Positions 1 through 15,068 are shown, counted from the stretch's first letter. The stretch is DNA of 64,000 bases from Eledone cirrhosa (GCA_964016885.1 OZ024746.1:5270001-5334000), one strand, 5' to 3'. The notes: generated from the letters alone by a model not told the origin. Program-made: numbers and translations.

Positions 1-69
1 CTCCCCACTTTCTCACTTTCTATTTGTATTTGTCTCCATCTTTTGTGCCCCTGTGGCAAATAAAGAAAT

Positions 70-87
70 ATATCTATCTATCTACCC

Positions 88-157
<70 letters not shown>

Positions 158-502
158 ATCTATCTATATATCTATCTATCTATCTATACATCCATCTATC
201 TATCTACATTTATATATATATATGTGTGTATACATATACATACACATATACATACACATACACATATATATACATACGCACGGACACACACACACACACA
301 TACATACACACATACATATATATACACACACATACTTATATATACATACACACACTCACACTCACACTCACACACACACATAAGTTATCACCGAATCTGC
401 AATGAGATGTTGAATCTCATTATCTCTTATCGTTGAGAACACATCTAAACAATACATCTAATTATACCCGGTTATAACATATGTTTACATATACTAACAT
501 AT

Positions 503-566
<64 letters not shown>
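70..566. repeat. compound microsatellite (TATC)n/(CA)n/(TA)n
   Basis: Direct inspection; explains the YLSI/HT ORFs. Confidence 0.95.
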
Positions 567-570
<4 letters not shown>

Positions 571-900
571 AAAAAAGAAAAAATATGAAATCGAAAATGC
601 AAATGGAGTCTTAAAAAAAATATATATATTTATTTGGTTCCTTTACCGGTTTCGCAGTTCTTCTGCTTTTCAAATGTAGAGTTGAGATGGAGGGTCTGTG
701 GTTTTTCTCACATGTGGTAAAGGAACCAAATAAATGTATATATATATTTTTTAAATAAGACTCAAGTTACATTTTCGATTTCATCTTTTTTCCTTATATA
801 TATACTTACATACATGGTGGCTGCCAACTCGTTTTCGAGTACGGCCACTACTTTATATCCATGTAGGAGAACCCCTACCGATGCGCTGAACGAGTGTGAC
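565..900 (+). mobile_element. TA-flanked fold-back element (PLE-like remnant)
   Basis: Imperfect inverted arms ~565-646 and ~716-800; a tail follows with hairpin tggctg-actcg-tttt-cgagt-cggcca; left flank is (TA)n. Confidence 0.65.
640..676 (-). ncRNA. variant/degenerate minimal hammerhead ribozyme
   Basis: Minus strand: TTGAAAA-GCAG-aagaa-CTGC-GAAAC-cg-GTA. Stem II perfect, stem III palindromic (ACCGGT), core non-canonical, stem I weak. Confidence 0.45.
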
Positions 901-1244
901 TTTTTAGTCTAGCCAGCGACTTGAAAACTCTGGTACAAACACTAAACTTGTGACAATTATTGACACATAGTGCTGGGCCCATGGTACCATGTGACGACAA
1001 GTGCAGAGATATCTCCAGATATAAAGCAATGCCTGTGCCGTGAAGCTTTTATAGTGAGCAAAAGCACTGCACAAAGCCAGTCCCACTCTCTTAACCAAGA
1101 TGATATTTACCAAAAAGAAGAATAAGTCAACATACCATACGTACATACATACAGTGATACATACAAACATACATACATACATACATACATACATACATAC
1201 ATACATACATACATACATACATACATACATACATACACACATAG

Positions 1245-1560
1245 TAACTGCCTCAAAACAAATCTTGAGAAGCTAGGCTTCACAGGAACAGAAAGAACAC
1301 AACTAGTTAGGAAATTACAAGTACAATCCATTAATGGAACAGTAAAAATATGTAAAACATTCCAAAAAGTTGCATCTAATAACTGCATATATACATGTAC
1401 AGATACAACTCAAAACATACATATCCACACATACAATAACATCCATGCAGACATGCATACATATCTACCTAGTTGATGTGTAAATTCCAATGAAAGAGTC
1501 TTGAGTCTATGTTAGAAACCGACTCTCTCTATTGGTAAAAAATTGTGAAATTATAAAACC
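1245..1560 (+). mobile_element. 3' end of an RLE-type (R4/Dong-like) non-LTR element
   Basis: Translates as NCLKTNLEKLGF...VRKLQVQSINGTVKICKTF, resembling the C-terminus after the RLE domain; 3' hairpin agagtc...gactct near 1495-1526. Confidence 0.45.
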
Positions 1561-1849
1561 AGAAAAACATAAAATACATACATAGAAATCTCGCAACGAT
1601 TACCTCCGATGTTTGAATTATTCGAAAGTAAAGTTCCGATGAGACGATCTTTGAGACTACATTCACTGCCACCTCCACTCTCATTTATGCTATGACCTAT
1701 AAGATAAATAGCAAACATTACAATAGAAGGCTGCTGACCAATATATATATATACTAGGCCTTTTGTTTTCATTCGCTGAAGCGTATATCAGATAATCAAC
1801 AGCCGGTCGTTGTGCTGCTACCATGACCAAAGTCTTCTGTTTCTACTCT

Positions 1850-2185
1850 ATGTCAAGTCAGTCAATCATATTGATGGCCTCCCCCACAGCAAGGGAGACG
1901 CGCTGGAAGAGCCATTCCAACTTGCGAGGCTCACGCCTGCAGCTGGCCAGCTCAGCGCCTATGGTGGCGAGTAGGGAGGTAGCCCTAGGGCCGAGGACAC
2001 CAGAAGTCTCCACTGCCAAGGGTACAACCGCAAACCTGTCGGAGAACGACCGGTATTTGAAGAGTTTGGCCTCGTCAGCCCGACGTGCAGCAGAACCTGG
2101 CTTAGTCGTAGACTGCACCAGGCTGCGACTGGAGAAAGTGTCGGTGCAAGTGGCATCCCAGACGAGGGGTTTGCCACCATATGGT
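1850..2185 (-). mobile_element. CRE-clade non-LTR retrotransposon 3' fragment (RLE domain)
   Basis: GGKPLVWDATCTDT...KLFKYRS...VVPLAVETSGVLGP; homologous to 54630-54925; 3' UTR shared with 31368-31405. Confidence 0.88.
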
Positions 2186-2312
2186 TTGATTATAACAAGT
2201 TCATTTAAGTGCATTTATTAATTATTGTTACCTACGTCTTGTTGACATTGAGCTTCCTTACCAATGTTAATGACAGCAAAACCATTGCCTTATGTTGTAT
2301 TCTATGTTAACG

Positions 2313-2351
<39 letters not shown>

Positions 2352-2507
2352 CGTGCGTGTGTATGTGTGTGTGTATGTGTGCGCGCGCGCGCGTGTGTGT
2401 GTGTGCGTGTGTATGTGTGTGTGTATGTGCGTGTGTGTGTGTTTATGTGTGTGTGTAAGGTACGCAATACATTAGTAGAATATATGCAACATTCGAAGGA
2501 AATCATC

Positions 2508-2546
2508 CTGAAACAGTTCTAGTCCTGTGGAAGCCATTTCTATATT

Positions 2547-2547
<1 letters not shown>
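2508..2547 (+). mobile_element. short fragment of hammerhead family F1
   Basis: gaaacagttctagtcctgtggaa...tctatattaaa matches 15263-15302; followed by (TA)n. Confidence 0.7.
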
Positions 2548-2596
<49 letters not shown>

Positions 2597-2604
2597 CATA
2601 TATA

Positions 2605-2673
<69 letters not shown>

Positions 2674-2862
2674 CAGACCGAAATAATACAAAATATTGTT
2701 CTGCTCAGAAATATATGGAAGCGCTAGCACAAGACTTGCTGTAATCCTCCATCTTGTACAATATCAAATCCTTTCATCCACAGAACTTCTGAGAATACAT
2801 GTAAAAAATAGTTGTAATGATGTCAATAAAACATGTGTTGCTGTTTTATGGAGCAGATGACC

Positions 2863-2968
2863 TGATAAAACAGATATAACGATAGTTATGATAAAACAGA
2901 TATAACGATAGTTATGATAAAACAGATATAACGATAGTTATGATAAAACAGATATAACGATAGTTATG
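2863..2968. repeat. 26-bp minisatellite x4
   Basis: Unit tgataaaacagatataacgatagtta. Confidence 0.95.
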
Positions 2969-3039
2969 GTATTGGTGTTGAATAAGGATTTAGTTTTGGG
3001 GAACTACATTATATATAGTGAGCAGCAGTATCACCTCTA

Positions 3040-3042
3040 CTA

Positions 3043-3086
<44 letters not shown>

Positions 3087-3430
3087 CATCCTGCCGCCAC
3101 CACCGCCGCCGCCACCACCACCACCACTATCACCGCCACCACCACCACCACCACCTTACCACCTTACCAACACCACCACCACTATAACAACAACAGCAAC
3201 AACAACAACAATAACAGCAACAATAACAGCAACAATAACACCACGACCACCACCACCACCAACAACAACACCAACAATAATACTTCAATGACAGTAGAAA
3301 TAAAAGTAAGGACAACGACAACAACACCAACAACAATAACAACACCAACAAGAGTAACAACAACAACAACAACAGGAACAACACCAACAACAACAATAAC
3401 TACAATAACAACAACGACAACAACAACACC

Positions 3431-3517
<87 letters not shown>

Positions 3518-3611
3518 AACTATATCAATCAATGCCAATGTAAACAATAGTAAGGACAATTACAGCAACAACAGGAACAACAATAACAATTACAGCAGCA
3601 GCAGCAGATGG

Positions 3612-3643
<32 letters not shown>

Positions 3644-3881
3644 CGTTACTGACAAAATCAATAATACCAACAAAAGACTAACAATAACAATAACAATAAA
3701 AATGATAAAACAACTAAAGAGGAAACATCAATAAATTAATTAATATAGGAGGAACAATAATGACAGGAACAACAACATCTACAACAACAACAACAACATC
3801 TACAACAACAACAACAACAACAATAAGAAAAAAAATAACAACAACAATAATGCTATTCTGTCATCTCTCTCTCTCTTACTT

Positions 3882-3945
<64 letters not shown>

Positions 3946-4060
3946 TCATGACAACAACAACAACAAGAACAACAACAACAAGAACGACAACAACAACAAC
4001 AACAAGAACGACAACAACAACAACAACACGAACGACAACAACAACAACAACAACCACATC
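3040..4060. repeat. trinucleotide repeat tract (CTA/CCA/CAA)
   Basis: Direct inspection. Confidence 0.9.
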
Positions 4061-4157
4061 AAATGATGCCAACTTTGATTCCTTTCTTCTGTTCTGTTCC
4101 CTAAAATATAATTGATTAATTGAACTTCAAGTCTACATCTCTGGATTTTGCATATTT

Positions 4158-4468
4158 CTACCTCTCACTACCTCCCACTACCTCTCACTACCTCTCACTA
4201 CCTCCCACTACCTCTCACTACCTCTCACTACCTCCCACTACCTCTCACTACCTCCCACTACCTCTCACTGCCTCTCACTACCTTTCACTACCTCTCACTG
4301 CCTCTCACTACCTCTCACTGCCTCCCACTACCTCCCACTACCTCTCACTACCTTTCACTAACTCTCACTGCCTCACACTGCCTCTCACTACCTCTCACTA
4401 CCTCCCACTAGCTCTCAGTACCTCCCACTACCTCTCACTACCTTTCACTACCTCCCACTACCTCCCAC
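4158..4468. repeat. 10-bp minisatellite (CCTCTCACTA)n
   Basis: About 31 copies with minor variants. Confidence 0.95.
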
Positions 4469-4536
4469 TGGCTTTACAGTGTTTATTATATTTGGTGTAT
4501 TGGAGAATAGCTATGACATATCCCTATTTATCACAG

Positions 4537-4689
4537 GTATATCACCCCCCCCCTTACCACCACCATCAAAAACAACACCTCCAATCACTATCTCCATAAC
4601 AACAACCTCTACAACCACCTCTCCCCCCCCCAACATCACCGCAACTACTAAAATCCCTACCAACACCAGACCACCATTGACTGAGGGCT
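4537..4689 (+). CDS. candidate Pro/Thr-rich (mucin-like) internal exon
   Basis: Acceptor tttatcacAG, donor GTGAGC, 153 nt, phase 1-1, stop-free ISPPPLPPPSKTTPPITISITTTSTTTSPPPNITATTKIPTNTRPPLTEG. No homology recognised. Confidence 0.25.
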
Positions 4690-4764
4690 GTGAGCGCTGA
4701 AAGACATTCCAGTTTCCAAACCTTAAAAATGACAGCAGCAAAATCTTGATGGAAGGAAGAATAT

Positions 4765-4827
4765 AATTGTTTCTACTTTTGGCACAAGGCCAGAAATTAT
4801 CCCAGTGCATTACTGGTACTTTATTTT
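4765..4827 (-). mobile_element. SINE 3' fragment
   Basis: ttggcacaaggccag...cccagtgc...ctggtacttt matches the SINE at 24885-25103. Confidence 0.7.
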
Positions 4828-4849
4828 AGGCAAAGCTAACCAATTTCTC

Positions 4850-5150
4850 CAGCCCCAGCCTGGTGCAGTCTGCGACTAACCCAGGTACTCCTGCACTTCG
4901 GGCTGAGGAGGCCAAACTCTCCAAATACCGGTCACTCTCCGATAGGTTTGCGGTCGTTACCTTGGCAGTGGAGACTTCTGGTGTCCTTGGCCCTAGGGCT
5001 ACCTCCCTACTCACCACCATAGGCGCTGAGCTAGCCAGCTGCAGGTGTGAGCCTCGCGAGTTGGAATGGCTCTTCCAGCGCATCTCCCTTACCATCCTCC
5101 GGGGAAACGCCTTCTCCATTCTGTCCGCCGGGGCTGTGGGGAGGCCAGCA
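4850..5150 (+). mobile_element. CRE-clade retrotransposon 3' fragment
   Basis: AEEAKLSKYRSLSDRFAVVTLAVETSGVLGP...[18 protein letters not shown]; homologous to 54685-54958. Confidence 0.88.
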
Positions 5151-5928
5151 CGTGGGACCCCATTTGCTCACCATACGGATTAATAGGCAAGTTATAAACT
5201 ATTGTAAATAAACCTTTTCATAATCACAAAAAAACAAAAAAATAAAGGAAAGGTTATAGTAGATGGAATCGACCGTTATATTTGTAGCAGTAATATCTTG
5301 GAATAAATTGAACCAATTTTGAATGACTTTGAGGAATTTGAACTCAGAATGCAGCAGAAAGATAATTCAATAATGCTTACGGCAATTGCAGCTGAGTTCA
5401 CCTCTCTCTGCTCCAGATTTGTCAATATTTTCCAATTTCTTTATTGAATTATATAATCAATGGCCAATCGGTTGCAATCAAAACCTTCCTATATGTTGTT
5501 TAACAGTATATTAAATAGAGTTTGGTTTGCTTCAATATGACTACAGAACCATCAATAATCATCTGCATTCATGCGCCCTGTCTTTAATTACCCCCTCAGT
5601 TTGCTCCTCTGTCTGTCTCTATTATTAAACTTCACTATCACACTTGCACTGATATCACTTCCCTATCACTTTTTTTCCAATATTCAGTCGTCAGGTTTTC
5701 TCTCTTTATTTACGGATACGCCTGATAACCATACACATCCATATTCATACATATCCACACACATTCACATGTATACATACACACAACCATATACTCATCT
5801 TCACGCAGATCATTATGAATGCATATGCATTTATATGCAATTTCTAGTTACACGCACACACACATATATATATATATGTATATATGTATATGTGTATATA
5901 TATATATACATACATGCATATATATATG

Positions 5929-5978
<50 letters not shown>

Positions 5979-5980
5979 CA

Positions 5981-6032
<52 letters not shown>

Positions 6033-6086
6033 TATATACATACATACATATATATATATATTCATACATACATGCATACATAAATA

Positions 6087-6118
<32 letters not shown>

Positions 6119-6179
6119 AATATATATATATACATAGATACATATATATTTGTATATGTATACATATATATATATACAC

Positions 6180-6273
<94 letters not shown>

Positions 6274-6779
6274 ATATCAATAAAGTTAATCTATTTAGAC
6301 AGCGATGATTCTGAATCCGTTAATCTATTCCAATTAACCATATCCTTACAGCCCCCCTCCCCCTCCATACAATAAAAATTCAACGCAGCTCACTTCCATA
6401 ATATGAATATATTTCCCCCTCAATTATAAATTATATTTTCATCATTGTATATTATTCCCCCTAATTTTAAGGGGAATATTAGTTCTACGATGGGGAAGAA
6501 TGATCGAATATGCTATTGACGGATGTCATATCAATATATTTCCTATAACTAAAACTAAAATATGATATCATTTATAAAATAGCCATTTATTATTCAATAT
6601 AGAGATCTCTAGACCAGGATTCTTCTATTAAAATAAAGCTTGGACGCTTGTCACAAGCGTTCATCCAATGAACATTGTGTATTTTTTTTATTGCTCGTTC
6701 CTCTTTGAATCCTACATACACAAACATGTGTATAGTACAATTACGAATATATATATATAATTCTGACCACCAGAGATGA

Positions 6780-8430
6780 AGTTTCATGATAATGGTCTCA
6801 ATGCTTGGAAGACAGGCTCACTGCAGTACATCAGAATCTGATGTATGAGATTTCCATGAGATCTTGAGGATGGGGCGACAGTATTGTTGGGGAAAACATT
6901 TGAGGCGCATGATATGCCTTTAGTATATTGTCCATGTCTCACATCCATACAGCAAGGCTGTAAACATACATGCTTGCCACACTTCAACTTTATAGCACGC
7001 ACTGATATCTGGCCGTGAACACAGGCATTCCCCCAACTTACCAACATCATTGGAAGCTTTAGACAGCCGGTAGCTGACATCTTAATCAAAGGTGCCAGTT
7101 CTGGAGAGAGTATTACCCAGGTAGACTAACTAATACACAACCTTCAATATTTTTCCTTTGACACATACGGATGTTGGTACATCACCACTGTAGTTTTCAG
7201 GCTGATTGTCAGCCCAAATTCATCACATGCTACCGAAAAGGATCAGAAGTTGAAGGACATCTTCTGTGTAGCTAAGATCATCGTCGTCTGCATAAAGAAG
7301 ATCACGTATCAGTGCCATATATGCTTTTGATGCATAAATTTTCAGTTGTTAAAGATCCTTCCTAAACATCAGTGTTGTTGAATGCTTTTAACAAAATAAC
7401 CGTAAAGAAGTGGGAGAAAGCAGGTTTCATGTCTATCTGAAGTGAAAAAAAGTTCTAGGAGCTCATTACTAACGCAAACCCAGGCCATCATGTAATTATA
7501 CAAGGAAGGTAGAAACCCTGTAAACTCAGGGTATGCCTGTTTCAAGAGAATAGTTAAAAGGCCATCCTAAGATCGATAAAGCAATTGAACAGATCAGGCT
7601 ATTGCTACTTCACTTTTCCACCCAGTGAAGATCGTATTTGCAGGACATCGATAAGGACGGAATCCACTCAGAGATTCCGGCAGAATGTTGGGTGCAACAT
7701 GCATCAGTAGACGATTAAAAAGAATCTTGGCAAGGATTTTACCAACAACTTATTGTAAAGAGATCCGACAATAGTTGTCACAAACATCAGGTAACTTCTT
7801 GAAGAGGGAGACAAGAATGTTACTCTTCCCGCCCGTCCTGTAGGACTGCATCCTTCAACCACACTTTGTGATATATGTTATGCAACAGATCATTTACTTT
7901 AGGATCACTTTAATGTACAATTTCAGTCACTATACCATATTTCCCAGGTGTTAATCTCTTCCAAAGCGGGACGATTATCAAGCTCATTAATTACGGAAGC
8001 GTGCTCAATAGCCTCAATCACGCCAGGATCGATGTGAAATGCACGGCTTAGTGACGGGAGCTTGCTCCATAGCCTCAGTCACGTCCGGATTGATGTGAGA
8101 TGCACGGCTTAGGACGTCATTATAGTGTTCGCGCCATCTCGTCTTGATTTCAGCAGGCTTACGCAACACTTCGTCCCCCTTCTTTGATCGCAGTGGAGCT
8201 AAGACTGGGGTAAGTGTGCCATATATAATGCACAATTAGTGACATAATTATTTAGCATTTCATTTTTCTACCGAGGCTTATATGCGATGTGATTTATCGC
8301 GACACCATGAAACTTTTGCTACTCGGAATTCGTACTGTATCCGCGCCTTACATTCATTGTAAGGCATCTCCAGCCGAGATTTTTCGGCACCCTCCTTGGA
8401 GCATGACAAGAACTTGTACAGGCAAAGCTC
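6780..8430 (-). mobile_element. decayed RTE-clade (BovB-like) LINE, reverse transcriptase region
   Basis: IKTRWREHYNDVL; CDNYCRISLQ*VVGKILAKILFNRLL..ILPESLSGFRP (~7660-7780); LLYADD (~7280-7300); multiple stops and frameshifts. Confidence 0.88.
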
Positions 8431-8450
8431 GACAGTAAGAAGAGTGGTTT

Positions 8451-8524
<74 letters not shown>

Positions 8525-10404
8525 TCTCCTCTTCCTCTCATACATACATACGAACATATATGCACATGCATTCTATAGATTTGTATGTATGTATCTATAG
8601 ATGTGTATGTATGTGTGCATTTACGCATCTTTGTATGCATGTATGCATATATGGACGTAAGTATGTATGAATGTATATAGGTATGTATGTAAGTATGTAA
8701 GTATGTATGTGTTTATGTATGTATATGTGTATATATGTATGTATGTATGTGTTTATATATGTACGTAAGTATGTATGCATGTGTTTATGTATGTATATGT
8801 GTGTGTATATATGTATGTACACCATATATTATCCATGTACATAACTTTCATTATTTCTATATAGACATTCCAATAATACTGTTTAGTCAATAGGTCAATC
8901 GTTACGCCATCTGGAGGAAGAAACAATCCAATAGCATTTACAGTCAATTTAAACTAATATATTTTAGCTGATCCCTGACACGTTCACCATTGTTGTAACA
9001 GTCGAATGAGTTGCGTTCTGCTTGAGTAGGTCATCCAATGAATATATTTCCCCGGGGTGAGGAGCAAGGGTTATCTTCTTCTTATTTCTGTTTAAGCAGT
9101 GGCGTCTGGTTCAAATAATATATTTAACCGAGATTCTATGAACATGGAGCTCTAGAAAGTGAATCTGTAATTTACGCAAATATTACCCTGGTGAAAACTA
9201 ATTTCGTTTTGTATAACAGATGAAGCTGGACGGTGAAAGGGTAAAACTCTATAACAATACAGTTTACCTAATGATTAGTGTTCAACAGTAAAAGAACAAG
9301 TTACATTAGAGGTATCTTTTTGTTTTGTTTGAAAAACTCATAGACACCCGAGATTTACCTCCTATATATTTATACATTTTTCCAAGACAGGTCTAGTTAC
9401 AGAAGAAAGCCCAAATCTTTCGTTTGTTTTAGCAGTTCCACATCTGAAAAGATAGTTATATCCCTTATGCCATTATACACTGGCTAAAACTTTACCATCA
9501 TATGCCTTTCGTATTTTCTACCAGATTGTAACGGCTTTAAAAAAAAATCATTTATCGATCAAAACAAAAGAATTTTGTTCATACGTCCCAGAAAAAATTG
9601 AAACGCATCATAGATATCAACATCTGATGCTTCAGTGCCAATTCCGTTTGGATATGAAACTCTTATTTGCAGTATTTTACTTCGTAGAAACGATCTTGAT
9701 GTGTCTTCATAACATTTGATATAATAAAGATATTACCTCAAATAATCTTCTTAGTATGACTAACACTGCTTATAAGAATCGTTAGAGTGGGGTAGAAAAT
9801 TATTTTCGTTAGCAAAATATGCCTCTTAAACTATGAAATCAAATCGTATCATGACTTATTTCACATTTCCTAACTTAGAATGATTAACTATCAATTGTTG
9901 TTGTTGATTAAATCGACTGGCCTCTCGCTATCAGCAAAAGTTATAACCTTATTAAATACTTTCACACTAGTTAGCAAGTTTAACGGCAGTTTGAGGTTTG
10001 TATTATTCAACTCATGCTATTAAAACTATGTATTAGACCAGGATATATAGACTGTTTTTATGATTGTTATTGTTAAGGAACGGTTCGTGTCAAGACACCA
10101 GCTGCCTTAATGAAATATATATTGCTATTGGTTTACTATTCAGAGGATTCACAGACAATTAGCTGCGAACGAAACACCGCCCCACCCTAGTCTTAGAGCC
10201 TGTCACCCTCTCCCCTTCATATCTCTTTATTCTGTGACCTAATAGTCCTTCATCTCCCCCACTTCTTCCTCTCATTTATAACATTTATAGTTCTTTCCTC
10301 TACAGTCAGATCTGCCCTTCTTTACCCCCCCCCCCCTCTTCTCTAGTTACCTAATTTTGTTTTTAGCTTTATTGTCTATATTTCCATCATTGTATTAGCT
10401 GCTT

Positions 10405-11190
10405 GTTTGTTGTTGCTGTTGTTGCTGTTGTTGTTGTCGTTGTTGTCGTTGTTGTTGTTGTTGCTGCTGCTGTTGCTGTTGTTGTTGTAGTTGTTGTTGC
10501 TGCTGCTGCTATTGCTGCTGTTATTGCTGTTGTAGTTGTTGCTGTTGTTGTTATTGTCGTCGTTGTTGTTGTTGTTGTTGTTGTTGTTGTTATTGTTGTT
10601 GTCGTTGTTGTTGTTGTTGTTGCTGCTGTTGTTGCTGTTGTTGTTGTAGTTGCTGTTGTTATTGTTGTTGTTGTTGTCTATTCGCAGAAAATGTCTTAAG
10701 TTAAAAAAAAAATGTCGAGGATAACAAAACAGAAACAAGACAAAAAATATATATTTGTAATATTTCTAATTACAACATACTGTGTTATGCAGTTTGTTCT
10801 CACCATAACTTCATCATTATCATCATCACCACCATCACCATCATCATCATCATCACCACCATCACCATCATCATCATCGTCATTATCATCATAATCATGA
10901 TGATGATGATGATTATGATGATAATCATCATCATCATCATTATCGTCATCATATTCATCATCATCGTCATCATCGTCATCATCATCATCACTATCACCAC
11001 CATCATCATCATCATCATCATCATCATCACCATCATCATCATCGTCATTATCATCATCATCATCACCATCATCACCACTATCACCATCATCATCATCATC
11101 ATCATCATCATCACCATTATCACCATCATCACCATCATCATCATCACCACTATCATCACCATCATCATCATCACCATGTTGATCATCATC
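10405..11190. repeat. (GTT/GCT)n and (CAT/CAC)n tracts
   Basis: Direct inspection. Confidence 0.92.
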
Positions 11191-12125
11191 AGCCACTTTC
11201 TCGGAAGTGCTAATATCCTATAAGAAGCTTTTAATTATCTCTAACTTACAATCTAAGAAATCAATTATTTGTGCCAATATAAGAAGTTAGATCTGCATGC
11301 TTTCATGTTAAGTAAATATTTACAGAAGACTGGCGAGATAAGTGTTTTTTCTAAGCTAGATTCTTAATTTCTTATTTCATAACATGTGTTTAGCAAATTA
11401 TTCACACCAGAAAGATTTTCAATTACTTTCAAAATAATTACATATATTTCGCCATTTGAAATTTTATTTTTCCTGTCACGCTTAATTTTGACAACATTGT
11501 CCTAGATTTACGAGAAACATCATAAACAAATTATAATTAGTTCTGCTTGTGAAAATAACAACCCAAGCAATACAAGTTCTATATAATACTCTTTAATAGT
11601 ATATTTATTATAAATTATTGAACCTGGGACGTTCATAGATACCTATGGTCAGACCCAATCTGAAAATGTGATGTTTGTCATGAGATCTTAAGATTGTCAT
11701 ATGTAACAAATAATGATTTTCCATGCATATTCAATATACTTCAGATAAATCAATGGTACTTCACATATACTTTATTAATACAGTTCATAGATATATCTTA
11801 TACATCAGTATGCCATATAACAAATCATTGTTATACGGTAAGGTTAGACAAAGTCTGGGCCAATACTAACCACTTTTAGTCTATATTTCTGATATTTTTT
11901 TATATATTGCAGTTATAACTATATCATTGGTATATCACTCATAGATGCAAACATGATATACCAATGACACCTCACTGGTATATCATTTATACGCCATATG
12001 TCAGTAGCACATGGTTAATATATCATTGAAACATCTATTATATACACATCTCTGATTTACCTGGTGCATTCTTGATACTTTGTTGATTTACGATTGCCAT
12101 TATATACATACATCCACACACAGAT

Positions 12126-12243
<118 letters not shown>

Positions 12244-12747
12244 GGAAGTACAGCATATTCGAAGCTCGAGCCGCAGCTAACCTGACGAATGCATTCAGAA
12301 GTGCAGCCAAGCACTTGATAAGGTATAAAACCTTAGAGTAATAACATACAGTTTAAAGGGCTTGGCAAATTGAAGATAGCGACCGGTAATTCAGCCGCGG
12401 GGGCCGTAGCAACGAAAGAAGTGACTCGCGAGAAAAAATGCATGCATATACATATATATATGTATATGTATTTATATATATATACGTATTGTATATTGAA
12501 TGATATGCGGGATGTTTCTGAAAAAACATTTGAGGGTCTTTCGCTATGAATGTCTAAGGTTGAAACCAACGCCACACACCTATCCTTTTGCTGATGTTAG
12601 ATGTGTGATGTAGGTTAAAACCTTAAAAATCACAGCGAAAGACACTGAAATGTTTTTCATAAACGCCCCATATAGTATTCAATATACCATACGTACATTT
12701 ATGTGGTATACCGCTATGCTGGAGCACCAATACAAATTATATATATA

Positions 12748-13666
<919 letters not shown>

Positions 13667-13672
<6 letters not shown>

Positions 13673-14240
13673 AATATATATTACCGAGAATCGCATTTCG
13701 GCTTTGAAATTAGCGAAAAATAACTTCCGAGATGTGTGGCAAGCGCTCAATAATTCTGACGAACCAGAGCTACAACATACGTTAAAGGCCAAACACACTG
13801 AGACGATGGTTAAACAATCATCCGCACAACCATAGAAACGACCAAGTAATTCGGGTCAAACAAATAAAAAAATATGTGATTGAAAAATTTACCCGGACCC
13901 CTGGATGGTTGGTAAAATCCAGTATTTGGGTTTCTGCGACTCCTAAATCAAGTACTGTCCGCTTAGACAAATAATGTTAGTCTTTTGGTAATATGATTGA
14001 ACAAGGAAGTCACTTTCTCAACAGGTTTTAGTTCAAGTGCCAGGCAAAGGAATGACCGTTACCGATACCCACGTGGGGCTCGACAAGGGAGGCAACCCTT
14101 ATTTTTGGCGGATGAAATTCAGTATGTGTATATTATTGCAAAAATGCAAAATATCACAAAAGGAATTAAGCTCTCAACAGAATGGTTATAAGTTAACAAA
14201 AGCTATTCATCAGTCAATAGAATCAACTAAAATAATCAAG
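13667..14240 (+). mobile_element. ~600-nt structured non-coding element, copy B (most diverged)
   Basis: Shared blocks atttcggc, ggcaagcgctc, acccggacc, cttttggta, tcaacaggt, ttttggc, ttcagtatgtgta, atcagtcaatagaat in the same order. Confidence 0.8.
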
Positions 14241-14251
14241 AATATATATAT

Positions 14252-14418
14252 ATTCTATTAGACTATTCTATTGACTGATAGAATATATATATATTCTATT
14301 AGACTATTCTATTGACTGATAGAATATATATATATATTCTATTAGACTATTCTATTGACTGATTAATTGCTTAAGTTTATTTAAAAACAACTCTGTCAAG
14401 AGCTTTAATTCGATTTGT
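14252..14418 (-). mobile_element. inverted, stuttered terminal fragments of the ~600-nt element
   Basis: tattctattagactattctattgactgat occurs three times, separated by short (TA)n; the last extends ~60 bp inward. Confidence 0.85.
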
Positions 14419-14447
14419 ATATGTATATGTATATGTATATATATATG

Positions 14448-14496
<49 letters not shown>

Positions 14497-14514
14497 GTAA
14501 GTATGTATGTATAC

Positions 14515-14554
<40 letters not shown>

Positions 14555-14577
14555 GTAAGTATGTATGTATGTATACG

Positions 14578-14659
<82 letters not shown>

Positions 14660-14661
<2 letters not shown>

Positions 14662-14885
14662 TACACAGGTGTGTAGGATTGTGTATAGAAGATTATTTTA
14701 ATAAAAGGAATTCCAACTTTGTCTGATTTACTCGTTTATTTACAATCCTTTAACAATATAATGATATTATAATGAAATAGAATGGTAGAATATTAAATGT
14801 TAAGTGTCAATTGAGCAAGTACTTTCATGCTTTCGCAATCTTCAGGTTCATATTCAGTGGTGACAGTCAAGTTTGCAATATTCAA
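14660..14885 (-). mobile_element. hammerhead family F3 element
   Basis: Near-identical to 42265-42487; TA-flanked. Confidence 0.8.
14813..14849 (-). ncRNA. minimal type I hammerhead ribozyme (F3)
   Basis: gaac-CTGAAGA-t-tgc-gaaa-gca-t-GAAAG-ta-CTT-gctc; one stem I mismatch. Confidence 0.65.
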
Positions 14886-15068
14886 ACGATATATATATAT
14901 ATATATATATGTTGATTTAAAACTGCACTATCCACAAGTGTTTTTTAGCCTTCATATCATGTTCTCCTGTTTTATCTGATGAAAACACAAATATTATTGC
15001 ATGATGATGTTTGTTTTTGAAATGCGCATAATAAAATATATGGAACTCCTTTAACCATCTTTTGATCT

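Noticed and set aside
9359-9443. Possible minus-strand exon (DVELLKQTKRFG...)
   Set aside because: Splice-like signals are present but the protein is unrecognisable; it could equally be decayed transposon sequence.
12277-12322. Possible hammerhead (CTGACGA-a-tgca..tgca)
   Set aside because: GAAA is replaced by GCCAAG and stem I is poor; at best a decayed copy.
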